Shown here: piece after piece, positions 13,214-26,649 of the stretch
Layout of the letters: every line of letters begins with the position of its first letter
Position numbering within the stretch: the first letter of the stretch is position 1
NCBI GenBank assembly: GCA_951406725.2
Contig: OX597814.1
Location: 205,716,001-205,780,000, forward strand
DNA: 64,000 bases
Direction: 5' to 3'
Source: Octopus vulgaris
Lineage: Eukaryota
Notes under the pieces: generated by a model
Seen by the model: the letters and a program-made list of their open reading frames with translations, nothing else
Told to the model about the DNA's origin: nothing
The model's database searches: none
Made by a program: the position numbers and the translations under genes

Positions 13214-13247
13214 TTTGACGTTTCGGACCGATGCTCTTCATAAGAAA
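13214..13247 (-). ncRNA. Degenerate minimal hammerhead-like motif
   Basis: UUU-CUUAUGA-AGAGCAUCGGUCC-GAAA-CG-UC-AAA; core mutated; same architecture as 60073-60107. Confidence 0.35.
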
Positions 13248-13674
13248 GGAGTGAATGGGGAAAAAAGCGGGAGAGAATAAAAGAGTGATGTGTTTCATGT
13301 GCTGGTTAGAATGTGTCTGGGCGTATGAAATTTGTATTTGTGTGGGGATTTATTATGTGTGTGTGCAAACGTATAGGCATATGGGGATATATTTGAACGT
13401 GTGTGTGTGTATGTGTACGACTAAGCTAGTGTGTGCATTGTGTGTATTGTTGTGTATGGTGAGGATACCTATTTAGCCGGTGTGGGTGGAGGAGATGGGC
13501 AGTCGAATATGGGACGTGTGTGCTAATCTGAGTGGGTTGGGTATGAGATGAAGAGAAGTGACGAATTATGACCATTAGGAGCAAAAGAATGAAGGGAAAA
13601 CATTGATTCCTTTTCACAGCGAAGGCGGGAGTCAAGTACAGACAGATGTGTGTATATACATAAGAGGGATGATC

Positions 13675-13856
13675 ACTATGAGGACATCCATTATGCTAGA
13701 AGTTGACCCACTATGGTCTTGCTCTAGCACAATGGATAGCCACTTAGTGGTCATCTCTCATATATATGTAATGTAATTTTTCAATATGCTAGACAACTGG
13801 ATTTAAATTGATATTAATCAAGTTAATAATCAAACTTTCACCCTTATTATTTTAAA

Positions 13857-13860
<4 letters not shown>
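13675..13860 (+). mobile_element. 3' terminal fragment related to the 3013-3805 / 62841-63370 family
   Basis: Contains ctagcac..cac.tagtgg and ends ctttcacccttatt before (TA)n. Confidence 0.4.
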
Positions 13861-13910
<50 letters not shown>

Positions 13911-14619
13911 ATTAGAAGAAAACACCTTTTATCAATTCAAAAGGGATAATTAAATTACACCATTTAGAAAATTACATATAATAGAAAAGTTAAAATTAAA
14001 ATAACAATTAAAAAGTAAAGATTAAGTAAATTACAAAAATAATATAACGTATATAGTAGGTAGAAAAACAAAAGGATAAGCGTCTAATTAATCAACTCAA
14101 TCAATTTCATTCATGAAAATACAATCAAAACTTTGAAAAAGTACAAATACACTCAAATCCATTATATAAATTCGTTATATTAATATCCATGTATAAAATC
14201 TATAGATTTAATATATCACACGATAAAAAGTTAAACATAAACATTATATTAAAAAAAAACTAGTATATTTAAAAAAAGTACAATTTAATGAAAATATTAT
14301 CTAATTATAATAAGAAATAAAGTCTAACCATTATACATTCTCAAATTAAATGATATGTAAAACGTAAAATCTTTTATAACAATTAAACATCGGACGTAAA
14401 AAATACTATCAAGAAACTATAAATAAAAAAAAATATTACACCAAACAAAAGTAATAACAACAATAATATGAAATTCACAGCAGTACAATAATCAAATGAA
14501 ATATAGAAACGATAAAATAAAATCAGACTTAGCTTTAGTATTTCTAAATTGAATTCTTTTTCCTTGTAAGTTTGGATTTTATTCCCTCAAATAATATATA
14601 TATATATATATATATATCT

Positions 14620-14670
<51 letters not shown>

Positions 14671-14744
14671 AATATAAAGATAGTATAAACAGTTATAAAA
14701 TGGAGAAAAGATGTTAAAAAATCAAAATTGGATTTAATACATAC

Positions 14745-15435
14745 GAACGATCAAAGATCAATACAAATATGTAAGAAAATATTATTGTTGTTAAAGTTTT
14801 ATTATAGTTAAAGTTATGTATTTTCATACTCCCCAGTGTGGAGAATTTCGGAAGAATATCAAAAAAAATTATGAATGAGAATGAAGAATGAAACACAAAT
14901 GGCGTAATAGGGAAGATTTCACTGGATATTTATAAATAAGTTGTAAAAGGGGAAAATAAGAGAAACGAAAATGCAAAATATATCAATGTGTCTGCAAGCC
15001 TATTTGTGCAATAATCATCTATAACTTAATATGTCTAAAGGATATATTTAAAAAAGAACGTGATGTTTATATATGCTAGACACGTGTCTTTGTCTTCTTG
15101 TTTACACTATGATCTTTTACTATTATTTTTTCCAATTATCCTTTAGACATTTAAAGTTATAGATTTTTTGCAGAAAGAGACTTGCATATACATTGATATG
15201 TCTTCCTTTCTCGTTCCTCATATAATTTTTTTCATTTTTACAACTTATTTATAAATATTCGGTTAAATTTTCCCTATTAAATAATTTAGTTTTCCTTCAT
15301 TTTAATTAATAATTATTTTTGATGTTCTTCCTTAAATTCTTCACACTGATGAGAATGACAATACATAACTTCAATTATAATTCTTCTTATTATAATTTTT
15401 CTTACATATTTGTATTGTTTTGTAGTTCGCTTGAA
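14745..15435. repeat. Old diverged inverted repeat
   Basis: 14745-15050 resembles the reverse complement of 15135-15435 (e.g. atatttataaataagttgtaaaa / ttttacaacttatttataaatat); opposite-strand ORFs share IHNFNYN..FSYIFVL. Confidence 0.7.
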
Positions 15436-15445
15436 GTATTGTGTA

Positions 15446-15501
<56 letters not shown>

Positions 15502-15504
<3 letters not shown>

Positions 15505-17551
15505 GGCAGTTTTGATATAGTAATGCCGACTTATTAGCCAGTGTAGATATTGGCCAACTCTGTCACGTCTTAATTTATACTCCACTAGTGCTAAGACTTT
15601 ACATCCAGAGATTAGGTGGCCCACTGTTTCAGTCATGTCGTTGCAGAATCGGCATTTTGGGTCTGCTCCATTTTTCATCACATTGGCCTGGTAGTTCCGA
15701 GTTAATAGGCTTTGATCTTGAGCAGCCAGGATGAAACCTTCGCTCTCTGCTTTTAGCCCTGAGCCCCGTAGCCACTGATGGGTTTGCTTCTGGTCAACAT
15801 CAGCTTGTTTGCTACGGGCCACATATTTGCCGTGCAGAGGTTTCTCCTCCCACCTATCAGCCAATTGCTTGTGCGCTTTTTTCGTTGCCATTATTTTCAC
15901 CTTCTTTGAAACAGTAGTTGCCGTACTTCCCTCGGGTTGTTCAGTTTGGGTATCCAGCACGAGATCAATAGCAATTTTTTTTGCTTTCCTTTATGATAGA
16001 ATGAAGCTTCTTTCGTCTCTCGTGATTTTCCACGAGCTTTAGCATCCAGTCATTCGTTATTTCAAGATATTTGGCCAGTCTAATTGTGGTTGTTTTGTAA
16101 GCTAGTTCAAATTGGATCAGGCCTCGACATCCTTGGGCTCTGGGGAGGTAAAGGCGATCTACATCTGCCTTTGGGTGGTGCATCCTATTACAACTCAGCA
16201 GCTTGCGCATTTTCCTATCTATATTCTATACTTCACCCATTTCCAGTTCAACACATTGTAGCTATAAGTAACAACTGGAACTGCTAAGGAATTTATAGCT
16301 AACACCTTGTTACGTGCATTTAGTTTGATTTCAGGACTGCTCGAACTCTCCTATAACATTCCTTCCTGATCTTCTCTTTCATGCTTGCATGCTGAATAAT
16401 AGAGCCTTCATTTATCCCTAAATATTTGTATGTCTGTTCTTGCTCAAGCTCTCTTATGACTGTGTCAACATCTAACACGACTGAATTTGTAGTCTTCACT
16501 TTCCCTTTCTGGAAAGTGGCCTTGGCACACTTCTCAAGCCCAAACTCCATCCCGATGTCATCACTGAATGCTTTCACAGTGCGCAATATGCCTTCAAGTT
16601 CATTATCGTCTTTACCATAGAGTTTTAAGTCATCCATATAAAATAGATGGCTTATTTTTTTATTGACAATTTTATACCCATACCCTGTTCTGTTTAATTC
16701 ACGTGTAAGGGGTATTAGGGCTATGCAGAATATTAGAGGTGAAAGTGAGTCACCTTGAAAAATTCCACAGTTGATGTTTATATTCTCTGAAGCAAGTACT
16801 CCATTAGAGTGGTATAATTGGAGATTCGTATTCTGCAACGACATATTGTGCTCCAGGAAGCTTGAAATCACTGGGGAAATTTTGAAGATGTCCAGCGATT
16901 TCAAGATCCATGAATGCGGTATACTGTCGAAGGCCTTTTTATAGTCAATCCATGCGGAGCTGAGATTTCTGCGCTTGTTGTGACAGTTCTCAAGGATCAT
17001 ACGATTGATTAGCAGTTGATCTTTGCATCCGTAAGAGCCTCGGCGGCACCCTTTTTGTTCAATGGGGAAAATATCGTTCTTCTCCATGAATGCATATGTT
17101 TTCTCCGCCAGGATAGATGTTAGGATTTTATACGTGGTGGATAGACAGGTTATAGGCCGATAGTTTTTGGAAGTTTGGTTTCGTTATTCTTTGGGAGTAG
17201 GTAGGTAATACCACTTGCTAACCATTCAGGTGTTTTCTTTGGATCTCTTATAATTCCATCGAGCAGCTGAATTAGCTAACCGTGTGCGCATGGGAGCGAT
17301 GAGAGCCAGAAATTCGGCACCCTATCTTTACCGGGGGATTTCCAATTATGGGCCTTCGTGAGTGCCTTTCTTAGGTCTGCTATTGTGATGCCTTCCCATG
17401 CTTGTTGTTGTAAATTTTGGTAGGATCCTTCTGTTTGTATAATCCAGTCTGCATTTATGTTGTACGTCTTCTAGTCACTCCAAATCCTTTCCCAAAAGTT
17501 TTGAACTTCTTCCATGGGAGGGGGTCTTTAACGGTTACTTTCTCCTTCCCT
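15502..17551 (-). mobile_element. R4/Dong-type LINE, truncated at both ends, closely related to 31911-37402
   Basis: RT motifs WIDYKKAFD, GIFQGDSLSP, YMDD; CRFC..H..C zinc knuckle; 5' end joins (TAA)n at 17552. Confidence 0.92.
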
Positions 17552-17566
17552 ATTATTATTATTATA

Positions 17567-17629
<63 letters not shown>

Positions 17630-17631
17630 AA

Positions 17632-17676
<45 letters not shown>

Positions 17677-17681
17677 TATTA

Positions 17682-17766
<85 letters not shown>
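17552..17766. repeat. (ATT)n/(ATC)n microsatellite
   Basis: Direct reading. Confidence 0.97.
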
Positions 17767-17864
17767 GTTATACAGTGTAGTGAATAATCCATAAAGCACA
17801 CTTATGTACTTTTCATCGTATCGAAGAATATCAAATAACTTGATAAACTTCTCCGTGATGTATT

Positions 17865-20123
17865 TCATTCTTCAAATAAGTTTATTGTTTGGATCATTTT
17901 ATCTAACATGGTTATTGTTAACCTACGATCTGCATTTACTATAGACAAAAATTTAGGCATCATAGACGTCATCAATATCAAAGTAATCTTTGTGAATGCT
18001 GATAAGTTCAAGTCTTCTCGACTTATTATATTGTTGCAAGCAAAGAAAAAGGTTACGATTAGAAACAATTTTACAATGGATTTACCAATTTCGTATCTCA
18101 ATGGAAAATGATGGTAAATAATTGTCTTGAACAAACTGGCATCTATGAATTCTTCCCCATATTTTGACTGAACTAAATTTGGACGAAGACTTTTGGTGAG
18201 CTTTATGGATTCAAGCAGAATGAAGTCATACTGTTTCTGAATAGCTTTTATAATTGCAGTACCATAGAGAAGAAACATGGAAACAAACCATATATCACCA
18301 ACAGTATCAGGCTTAGCAAGTACTGCAACAGTTATTGAAAATACATACTCGCAAAGGATATTAAAACTTACTGCAAATATATAGATTGAATAAATTCCCC
18401 ATACTATAAAACATAGAAACGATATGAATGTTAAAATGAAAGCAATAATCTTGAAAATATAGTTAGGATTCAAATACAGGGGGAAAATATAAACTCTGAA
18501 ATAACTTAATGGTAAAGTTAAAATCAGATAAACAAATGGGATTCCATAATAAACGAGGCATAGAAATAATTCACAGACAGAAAATACAGCAAATAAAATT
18601 GTAATGGAAATAAAGAGCCAAAGCGCAATGAATTGCCAGAAAATATTTCTCCTGTAGTAATATAACCAAATTTTCTTTATACGTTTGAACCAAGTATACA
18701 TTATTAAAATCCAGAAATTTGAGTTTAAAGCAGTAGAAACATTAGCTTTCATTATTGCATAGAGTAGATCATAATCCTGTTGTGTAGAAACATTTAAACT
18801 GCCATACTTCTCTAATAATGTGATATTTTGTATCAGAAACGTGAAAGTGGATCTTTGATGTAATGTATTATAAGCGATAGTCTCACTTGTTCGACTGGGA
18901 AGAACAAAGAGAATAAAGCTGAAAAATATGTAGACCGTGAACCACAAAAACGGACCCCCCATGAAGCCATCTGTATTGTCGTAACTTTCTGTTATTCCTA
19001 ATAGTAGGGCGCGATAGCCCAATGGGATACCATCTTGGTAAAGAATTTCTATTGTTTCATATAAAAAGAAGTAATGCATCAAAAGATCCAGAAAGAGTAC
19101 TGAAAGTGAAAATAGAATACAAAGGAATCTTCTTAGTCTTGAGGCAAAGAAAGAGGAATTGTGGAAACAAAATACCCAAGACAGAAAATGTGAGAATGTG
19201 TAAATATTATGTTTTACATTGATCCACTCGGATTTGTATGGTAATGTGTTTTTAATTGTAAATATGAATTCATCGTGAGCAAACAGTGGCAGATTGAGTT
19301 GACGGGAATGTGAAGGTACTTTCGCTTTTGATACGAAACTAATGAGTAATGGTAATATAGCCCACAAAACGGCTCCGGCGATACGTGCTAAATTCTGAAA
19401 CATAGCATTCTCAATAATCTTTCCTGAACAAATAGATTTGGAGTGATAAAAATAGCTTCCATTTTTATAGAGTTTACAGCAATAGTTCTTCAACAGTTCT
19501 CGATTATTACCAATTCTTTTGTGAGCTTCAAATGTGCCAGGGCTGTTCTTCTTCATGTCTTGAGACAAATTTATATAAAAACACATGTATCCAGATTCTG
19601 CCATTTGCAATTTGTCCATAAATATGATTCTTTTCAATGCATGGAATATCAAATATATTAAATCGTGTCTCTGAATATTTTGTTTTCCACAAGTGATATT
19701 GATATCAATCCTTTGTTTAGCAACGTAGACGTCCAACATATTAAAAGTATGCATTGAAAAATCATAGGGGAAAGTTTTATATAGAGTTAAAGCGCCTGAT
19801 TTAACTGTAATCCACGTAAAACTCCTCGCATTTGCAAAATAATCCAATGGCACAGGATTAAGAAGTTCATCAAGTGTCTTGTTTGATAAATGGACTTCAA
19901 AATTGAAAACCTCTTTTTCTAATTTCACTAAACGAGATAAAATCTCACCGATATTGGGAGGGATTTTAACTTCACAATCATTGCCGAGTTCCTTCGCATC
20001 GATGTTTAGTGATGTCAGTGTGATAATAAGAATGATTGAAAGAATAAGAGAACTGGTCGTGTTGTTGTCGTCTGCACGGCAGCCATATTTGGTTATCTGT
20101 AAAAATATGAAAAAACAGAGCAT
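17865..20123 (-). CDS. Orphan multi-pass membrane protein, paralog A (about 740-752 aa): signal peptide, Cys-containing ectodomain, about 10 TM segments
   Basis: Long uninterrupted ORF with hydrophobic segments; homologous to 53307-55477; the ATG equivalent to paralog B (20086) is out of frame with the main ORF. Confidence 0.8.
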   Translation of the reverse strand: MLCFFIFLQITKYGCRADDNNTTSSLILSIILIITLTSLNIDAKELGNDCEVKIPPNIGEILSRLVKLEKEVFNFEVHLSNKTLDELLNPVPLDYFANARSFTWITVKSGALTLYKTFPYDFSMHTFNMLDVYVAKQRIDINITCGKQNIQRHDLIYLIFHALKRIIFMDKLQMAESGYMCFYINLSQDMKKNSPGTFEAHKRIGNNRELLKNYCCKLYKNGSYFYHSKSICSGKIIENAMFQNLARIAGAVLWAILPLLISFVSKAKVPSHSRQLNLPLFAHDEFIFTIKNTLPYKSEWINVKHNIYTFSHFLSWVFCFHNSSFFASRLRRFLCILFSLSVLFLDLLMHYFFLYETIEILYQDGIPLGYRALLLGITESYDNTDGFMGGPFLWFTVYIFFSFILFVLPSRTSETIAYNTLHQRSTFTFLIQNITLLEKYGSLNVSTQQDYDLLYAIMKANVSTALNSNFWILIMYTWFKRIKKIWLYYYRRNIFWQFIALWLFISITILFAVFSVCELFLCLVYYGIPFVYLILTLPLSYFRVYIFPLYLNPNYIFKIIAFILTFISFLCFIVWGIYSIYIFAVSFNILCEYVFSITVAVLAKPDTVGDIWFVSMFLLYGTAIIKAIQKQYDFILLESIKLTKSLRPNLVQSKYGEEFIDASLFKTIIYHHFPLRYEIGKSIVKLFLIVTFFFACNNIISREDLNLSAFTKITLILMTSMMPKFLSIVNADRRLTITMLDKMIQTINLFEE

Positions 20124-20469
20124 ATTAAGTAATGAAGATTCAACTCCGTTTCTTTATTTCATAGACATTTGCAATGTTACGAAATAATCATAAGTGTTGT
20201 GGTCAATGTATCTGAGAAATCAATGCATTTTGCTGTTGCCGAGTACCTCTTTTATGGTTAAACATATCCCCGTTTCAAGGTCGATATTTTCTATTCAACG
20301 GTTGCAGGATATTTTCTATTGCATTCGATACTACCTAGTTTATTAAAATTACCATCATAACTGAATCAAGTTATATTTGAACTGAAAATACGGAGGTTTG
20401 AATGTAGATGGTAAAGATATATGAAATGAGTATGAATTTCATTTCAAATAGATTAAAAATGGAACGCTA

Positions 20470-21350
20470 AGAAATGACCATGTATGAGTACGTTTCTAGT
20501 AGACCTGAAGATGATAGTAACACAGAGATGAAACGAAGCCCCTTTTGGACTCATGACCGATACATCACACTAGGCTTCGAAAGGTATGCATTTACAGTCC
20601 AAGAACGGGAGATTGCTACTAAATACCTAATCAATAAAAGAGACATTGAAGCCATTGGCGTTCTAAGGGGCAGCTGAAAATATAGATGAATCATCGTCAT
20701 CATCATCATCGTCGTCGCCGTCATCATCATCCTTGTTATCTTCATCATAATCCTCATCATTTCACGTCTGCTTTTCATGCTGGCATGGTTTGGACGGTTT
20801 GACAGGAGCTGGCTAGGCAAAAGCCTGCACAAGGCTTCAGTGTATATTTTAGCATGGATTTTAGGGCTGGATGCTTTTCCTAACCAACAGGCCGGAAGAG
20901 TGTCTTTTACGTGGCCCCAGCACAGAGTAGGCCAGTTTTGGCATGATGTTTACAGCTGGATGCCCTTCGAAAATACCAACCACTTTACAGTGTGGATTGG
21001 TGGCTCTTTACCTGGCACCAACATTTGCAGGGTCACCAAGTAATTTGCAAGACAAATATTCTTTCAGACGGGGAGGGAGCATTGGAAGAAGTGATGTTGT
21101 GCCAGATGAAGAGAGGTTGGTGTGACAGAAACAGGTGTGCATTCATGCCAAGGTAAGCGTAACAAGTCAGATATTGTTGTCTGGGACAGAAAGAAAAAGA
21201 ATGTACCGTCGTACAGGTCGGTTGCCCTGCTGATGGGAATATCTCTTTGAAAATCAAAAACAAAGAAGCTAATTATGGACAAATGCATTGTAACTTCCAG
21301 CTTCTATATCCAGATTACGAATTTGCATTCATACCAATAGTAATCCTTTC
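20470..21350 (+). mobile_element. Degraded R4-like LINE 3' fragments interrupted by a (CAT)n-anchored repeat (about 20690-21130)
   Basis: EDDSN..FERYAFTVQEREIATKYL and WDRKKK..CPAD..I motifs resemble 24340-25085. Confidence 0.55.
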
Positions 21351-21419
21351 TACATTAGGCCTGAAATATTTGCGGGAGGAGCACCTCGATTACATCGAAA
21401 GAGATACTTGAATACACAA

Positions 21420-23240
21420 AAAGCTCAGCCAAGAATTAAGAATTAGTTAGAATGTTTTAGAAAAATGCAAGATGCTCTGCAATAACGCAGCCCTGTTGAA
21501 ATGTTTGAGGAAATGCAAACACCAGAAATATATGACTACACAGCGAAAGAAAACGTTCGATATTCTGCGGCCCGGAAGGATTAAAACCGAAACCTTTTCT
21601 GTAGATGAATGGAAACAGTTCTTGGAGTTCTAATATATTCCAGTTATCTTAGGTTACCCCTCACAAGAAACCACTGGCCAACTGACAAAGATCTGGGTGT
21701 GCCATTAATCAAAACTGCTATTACAAGAAATCCACTCCAGCATCTTTAAAGCACCATTCACTTCAGAATAACGAAAATTGGGAGGAGAATAAAGATGATA
21801 ATGGTTACGTACGTCGTTCTATCTTTACCATGATTCAGAATTCCTTCAAGAGATTCGAAATTTGTGAAAAGAGTCTGTCAGTCGATATAATGATGGTCAA
21901 ATGCTATGGGGGCATAATTCACTCAAACAATTTATAAAAGGGAAACCCATAAGATTTCGTTAAAAATGTTGGGCATTGTGCTGTGTTTCACAATTTTGTT
22001 ACAACTTTGATGTGTATTGTGGCAAGAGAATTCAAAAAAGATCCGAAGACGATCTTCCACTTGGAAGGAAAGTTTCTTGGAGTGGTAGATGATCCTCGGT
22101 CACATTCCGTATATTTTGATAATATATTCACAAAGTATGATCTGTTAGTGCACCTCGGGCAAATGGGATTTGATGCAACCGCTACGAGAGATAATTGTCT
22201 CAAGAGATGTCCTCTAAAGGAAAGAGCATTGATGAGAAAGGAGCCAAGATGTTCATATGATTATAGATTTGAAATCAATAATGAAATCCTTGTAGTTAGT
22301 TGGCTTGACACTAAATGTTTGAGAATTGGGACTAATCCTGATTCAGTCGAACCCATTTGCAATGTACAACGCTAGAGTAAAGGAAGTAAAAGCAAGGGCA
22401 ATGTGACCCGACCCCATGTTTGCGGCTCATATAACAATTGCATGGGTGGAGTTGACAAGCCCGACTGGTTGGTGTCAAAATGTGCAACCTCAATTAGACG
22501 CATAAAGTGGTGCAGACCATTGTTGGCTAGAGTTATTGATAGGACTGTTGTCAATGCGTGGACTATTTACAAACTGATCAACGAGGGAAAGGAGGAAACA
22601 TAAATATTTACTCGATTTCAGGAGATATCTATGCGTTTCATATCTAAAGCTCTCCACTGCTAAGCAATATGAACAATAAACAAAGACGATCACACCATCC
22701 ACACCAATTGCTGACGTTCAATTTGATTTGAAAGGCCATATAATAGCTAAACGAGATCAGCAACGACGTTGTCAAAATAAGTCGTACAACAGGAAACCAC
22801 TAAATTATTGTGAAAAGTGCAACGTCACCCTGAGTCAAGACTGTTTTGGCCCATTTCCTCAAGGCATAGTCTTATAAATAGATTTCTTTCAATCTTTTTT
22901 TTGTATGATTTGTATTTCAATCTTTAATTGTATCGTATTTTTTGTATTTCAGTCTATTATTTCGCTGTGTTCTTTCAAAAACTTTAGCCATTTTACATAT
23001 AAACTTTAATACCAATAGAATATATTAACAGATAACATATGAGGGATTTTGAATTTATGAAAGTATCACATTGAGCCAGGGTCCTCTTTATGGAAAACCC
23101 GTCTATTTCCATTTCTACTTGAAGCAAAGCAGTTTTTATAATTGATTTCTTTTCATTTTACCCTTTTTTTTTTTCAATAATCTTTGAAAATTTAAAAGAA
23201 ATATTCAAACATTTCATTACTCTGGAATTTAATGGGTTAA
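21420..23240 (+). mobile_element. Degenerate piggyBac-like transposon
   Basis: Fragmented frames contain KQFIKGKPIRF, VYFDNIFT, YNNCMGGVDK, KW..RVIDRTVVNAW and a C-terminal Cys-rich segment; right end reads GGG-TTAA at 23234-23240. Confidence 0.85.
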
Positions 23241-23292
23241 ATTAAAAAAACAGAAGAGAGAGAAATATATATATATGTAACATACATACATG

Positions 23293-25160
23293 TGCCGAGC
23301 AACTGTTAATCAAGAAAACCGAGGTGTCAGAGGTGCGAGAGCATAGGAGGAAGTGAGTTTCATTGTGGCTACATTACAAGAAAACCTTTCACTGTGTTCC
23401 CAACTCATGGATGCCAGAAACCCCTCAACTTGTGAAAGTTCCAGTGAGAATAGTCAAAGCCATGGCTGAGCTGACTTCATCGTAGTCCACTATACTAAAA
23501 TTAATCACAAAGAGTTAATGTATGATCACTGATATCGCAAAGGTATATTCCAAGGGGACAGCCACTCTATGATGTTGTTTATACTTTCTGTAAACCCTTC
23601 TTCATTCATGTTAAGGAAGTCTGTAGGATATCTCACAGGTTCACAAGGAAACAGAAATACCAAAATTACACACTGTTTCTTTGTGACTGACTTAAAACTT
23701 TATGCAAAGAATATGCATGAGATGAAAAAGAGCCGTGAGCTTGTTACAACATCCTCAAAGGATGTAGGGTTGGAGTTTGGTCAGTATAAATGTTGTCATA
23801 TGGTTGTGAAAAGGGGGAATACTTTAAACCAGACTAGTAACATCTCCGTCAATGATTTAACTGTTTCCCCTGTATCTGGTATCTAGGGGTGGATGAAAAT
23901 ATATCTTCTATTGGCACCTGTAACGAAACACCTGTCACTAAAGAATATTACAGCCGAATAAAGAAACTTTGGACCTCAGAACTTTCTACATTCAATGAAC
24001 CAGTGTCCCACAATGTGTTTGCAGTGCCAGTACTAGTCCCAACGTAGACTCCCCTACCTAAAACGAAAACAAGGTGGCAGAGGCTTAACATCTATCCCAA
24101 ATGCCTTTCAATGTCGCATCATATCCCTTCGGCAACATCTTTTACACACCAATTGTCGACGAGCATCCCTTGACCAAGTTTGCACACATGAAGCTAATAA
24201 CATCATAAGACTTGGAAGGCAGCTCCTTGAGCAACACTCTTTGTCTGATATCCTAGAATACATGCTCAAATAAGCCGCACGACTCTACTGCAACTTACCA
24301 TCAGATGAAAGGATGAGCCTATGTAAGCAGACGACCATGCATGGATATGATAGTAGAAAGCTCCGTGATGATAGTAACATCGATCATCAAAGCAGCTTAT
24401 CATGGACCAATAGCTGGATTGCTACCTCCCACTTTGAAGGGTTTGCATTTGCAATGCCGGATCAGGAAATATCAACAAAGTACCTGATGCGCAAAAAGGA
24501 TAGAGATGCAGGAAAAGCAGTAAAATGTGACGAGGATTCTGTGGAGTTCACACTGAAGTTATCACCCACATCATCAGTAGTTGTCCGAAAACGTCATGAT
24601 GGACACAATAATGAAATCCGTCGGAAAGATTATCCCGAGAAGAAAGAAATAAGAACCCACAATATGGTAGATGCCATAGCCACTCATAATGAGAAAGAAT
24701 ACTGTTGGAATGTACCGGTGATGGCCTCAATAAAATATAGGAACAAGAGACCTGATATAATGATTTGGGATAGAGAAGAGAAACTGTGTACAGTTGTGGA
24801 AATTAGTTGCCCAGCGGATGTTAACATAAAGCTGTAGAACAGTGAAAGAGAGAAAACCTATGCTGAACTATTGAGAAATCTGCAGTTACTCTATCCAGAT
24901 TACAAGTTCAGGTTTATACCTGTAATTATTGGGGCACAGGGATATATAGCACACTGCCTAAATACCAATTTTGAGAAATTAGGCTTCTCAAAACCAGAAA
25001 GGAGAAAGCTAATTCGAAGATTACAGATCCAATCCATCACTGGAACTGTAAAAATCTGGAAAACTTTCCAGAAGTTTATCATTTAAATATATATGAGTAT
25101 GTCTAGATATATAACTATATGCATGAGAAAACATACACAATACATACAAATCTGCACATA
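23293..25160 (+). mobile_element. Degenerate R4-like REL LINE flanked by (TACA)n
   Basis: GIFQGDS, RHD, RPDIMIWD..VVEISCPAD and FIPVIIGA motifs; begins after catacatacat and ends in (CATA)n. Confidence 0.82.
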
Positions 25161-25208
25161 TGCATACATACATACATACATACATACATACATACATACA
25201 TACATACA

Positions 25209-25240
<32 letters not shown>

Positions 25241-25499
25241 AAGAAAATCAGCCTGTTGCTGTTGTTGAATTTCTATTGAAAGAGCCTTGAATCTAAGTTA
25301 GAAACCGGTTCTTTCTCTGTTGGCAAGAAATCTTGAAATATAACTGAACAATGACATACATACACACAAACATACATACATGCATACATACATGCATATA
25401 TACATACATACATACATGCATGCATACATACATACATACATACATGCATACATACATACATACATACATACATACATACGGACAGACTGGCTTGAAGTG

Positions 25500-26310
25500 A
25501 CACGTCACGTATTTAGTATGGAAGACTATTTATGGAAGATACGATGAATACTATCTCCATCTTTGAAGCCCTGTTAAATAACTGGTTAATCTTTAGAAGT
25601 ATTAACTGAAGGAGCCTTTTATTAAAGATTGTATTGATTTTCGACTGAAACTTGAATTTAGCAAGCAGAGATTTACTACAAACAACATGGCTGGACACAA
25701 CATCAACAACAACACAACCAAGGAACAGAACAAAAACAACAGCTCAACAGATAAACGGAGGACACTCACTTTCGAACTAATGTCTCTGAAACCGGAGCAA
25801 AAAGTTGTCAGTGACAAATCCGGAAGTCAGAAGAGAATAACCAAGAGAAAAACAGTAAACAAAAGATTTAAGCGAAACCAGACAGCAGTATACAGTGACA
25901 TGAGAAGAGGTGCAGTGAACATTACAGAAACTTCTTCACGAGAAGACAGAGACCTCTTCTGGAGGAAAATATGTTAAACCACAAAAATAATAATAATCGT
26001 CTTACCTTTCTGAGTCTGTCACTTTGAATGGTATACGTACAACAAATACTGGAAAACAAAATGTTTGCCAATTTCTTAAAAATCTCAGTAATATTTCTCA
26101 AACATCGAAATGAATTTCCTCTGCGTTTTCCTGATTAAGGCAGAACCTAGACAATAGGTGTAGACAGGCTGTACTATCATAACTAAGCTTGAACATGAGT
26201 GTGTGATTTGCAATACTTGTAGAATATATAAATATAAAATTGTAAATGCATTTGTAAAGAACATAATGGAATCAGTCATGGGAATAACCCATTTAAATAT
26301 ACTTATATAT
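25500..26310 (+). mobile_element. Internally deleted LINE-derived repeat following (TACA)n; longer copy at 29110-30640
   Basis: 25575-25760 matches 29205-29385; the peptide NKRFKRNQTAVYSD..DLFWRKI resembles the pre-RT region of the Dong copies (NELFTSNAKKFYRE..NFWERIW). Confidence 0.55.
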
Positions 26311-26478
26311 ATATAAACTTTTCTGGGTGTGACTAAAGTTGTGAGATGACTGCATGTATAATTTTTTTATTTTTTTATTTTAACTTTTATATTTTAAAAT
26401 TAATTTTATGTATTGGCTTATGTTTTTCACTGTTTGATTTGCCTAATAGTGGTTTTATCTCTAATTTAATATAATATA

Positions 26479-26621
<143 letters not shown>

Positions 26622-26649
26622 CATATAACAGGACAGTGATTAAATGCAG

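Noticed and set aside
17865-20123. Cephalopod chemotactile (Cys-loop) receptor or GPCR assignment
   Set aside because: No Cys-loop signature, no DRY/NPxxY motifs, and too many hydrophobic segments
20503-20540. CTGAAGATG...GATGAAAC hammerhead-like spacing
   Set aside because: No stem II or stem III; the sequence is LINE coding remnant (EDDSN)
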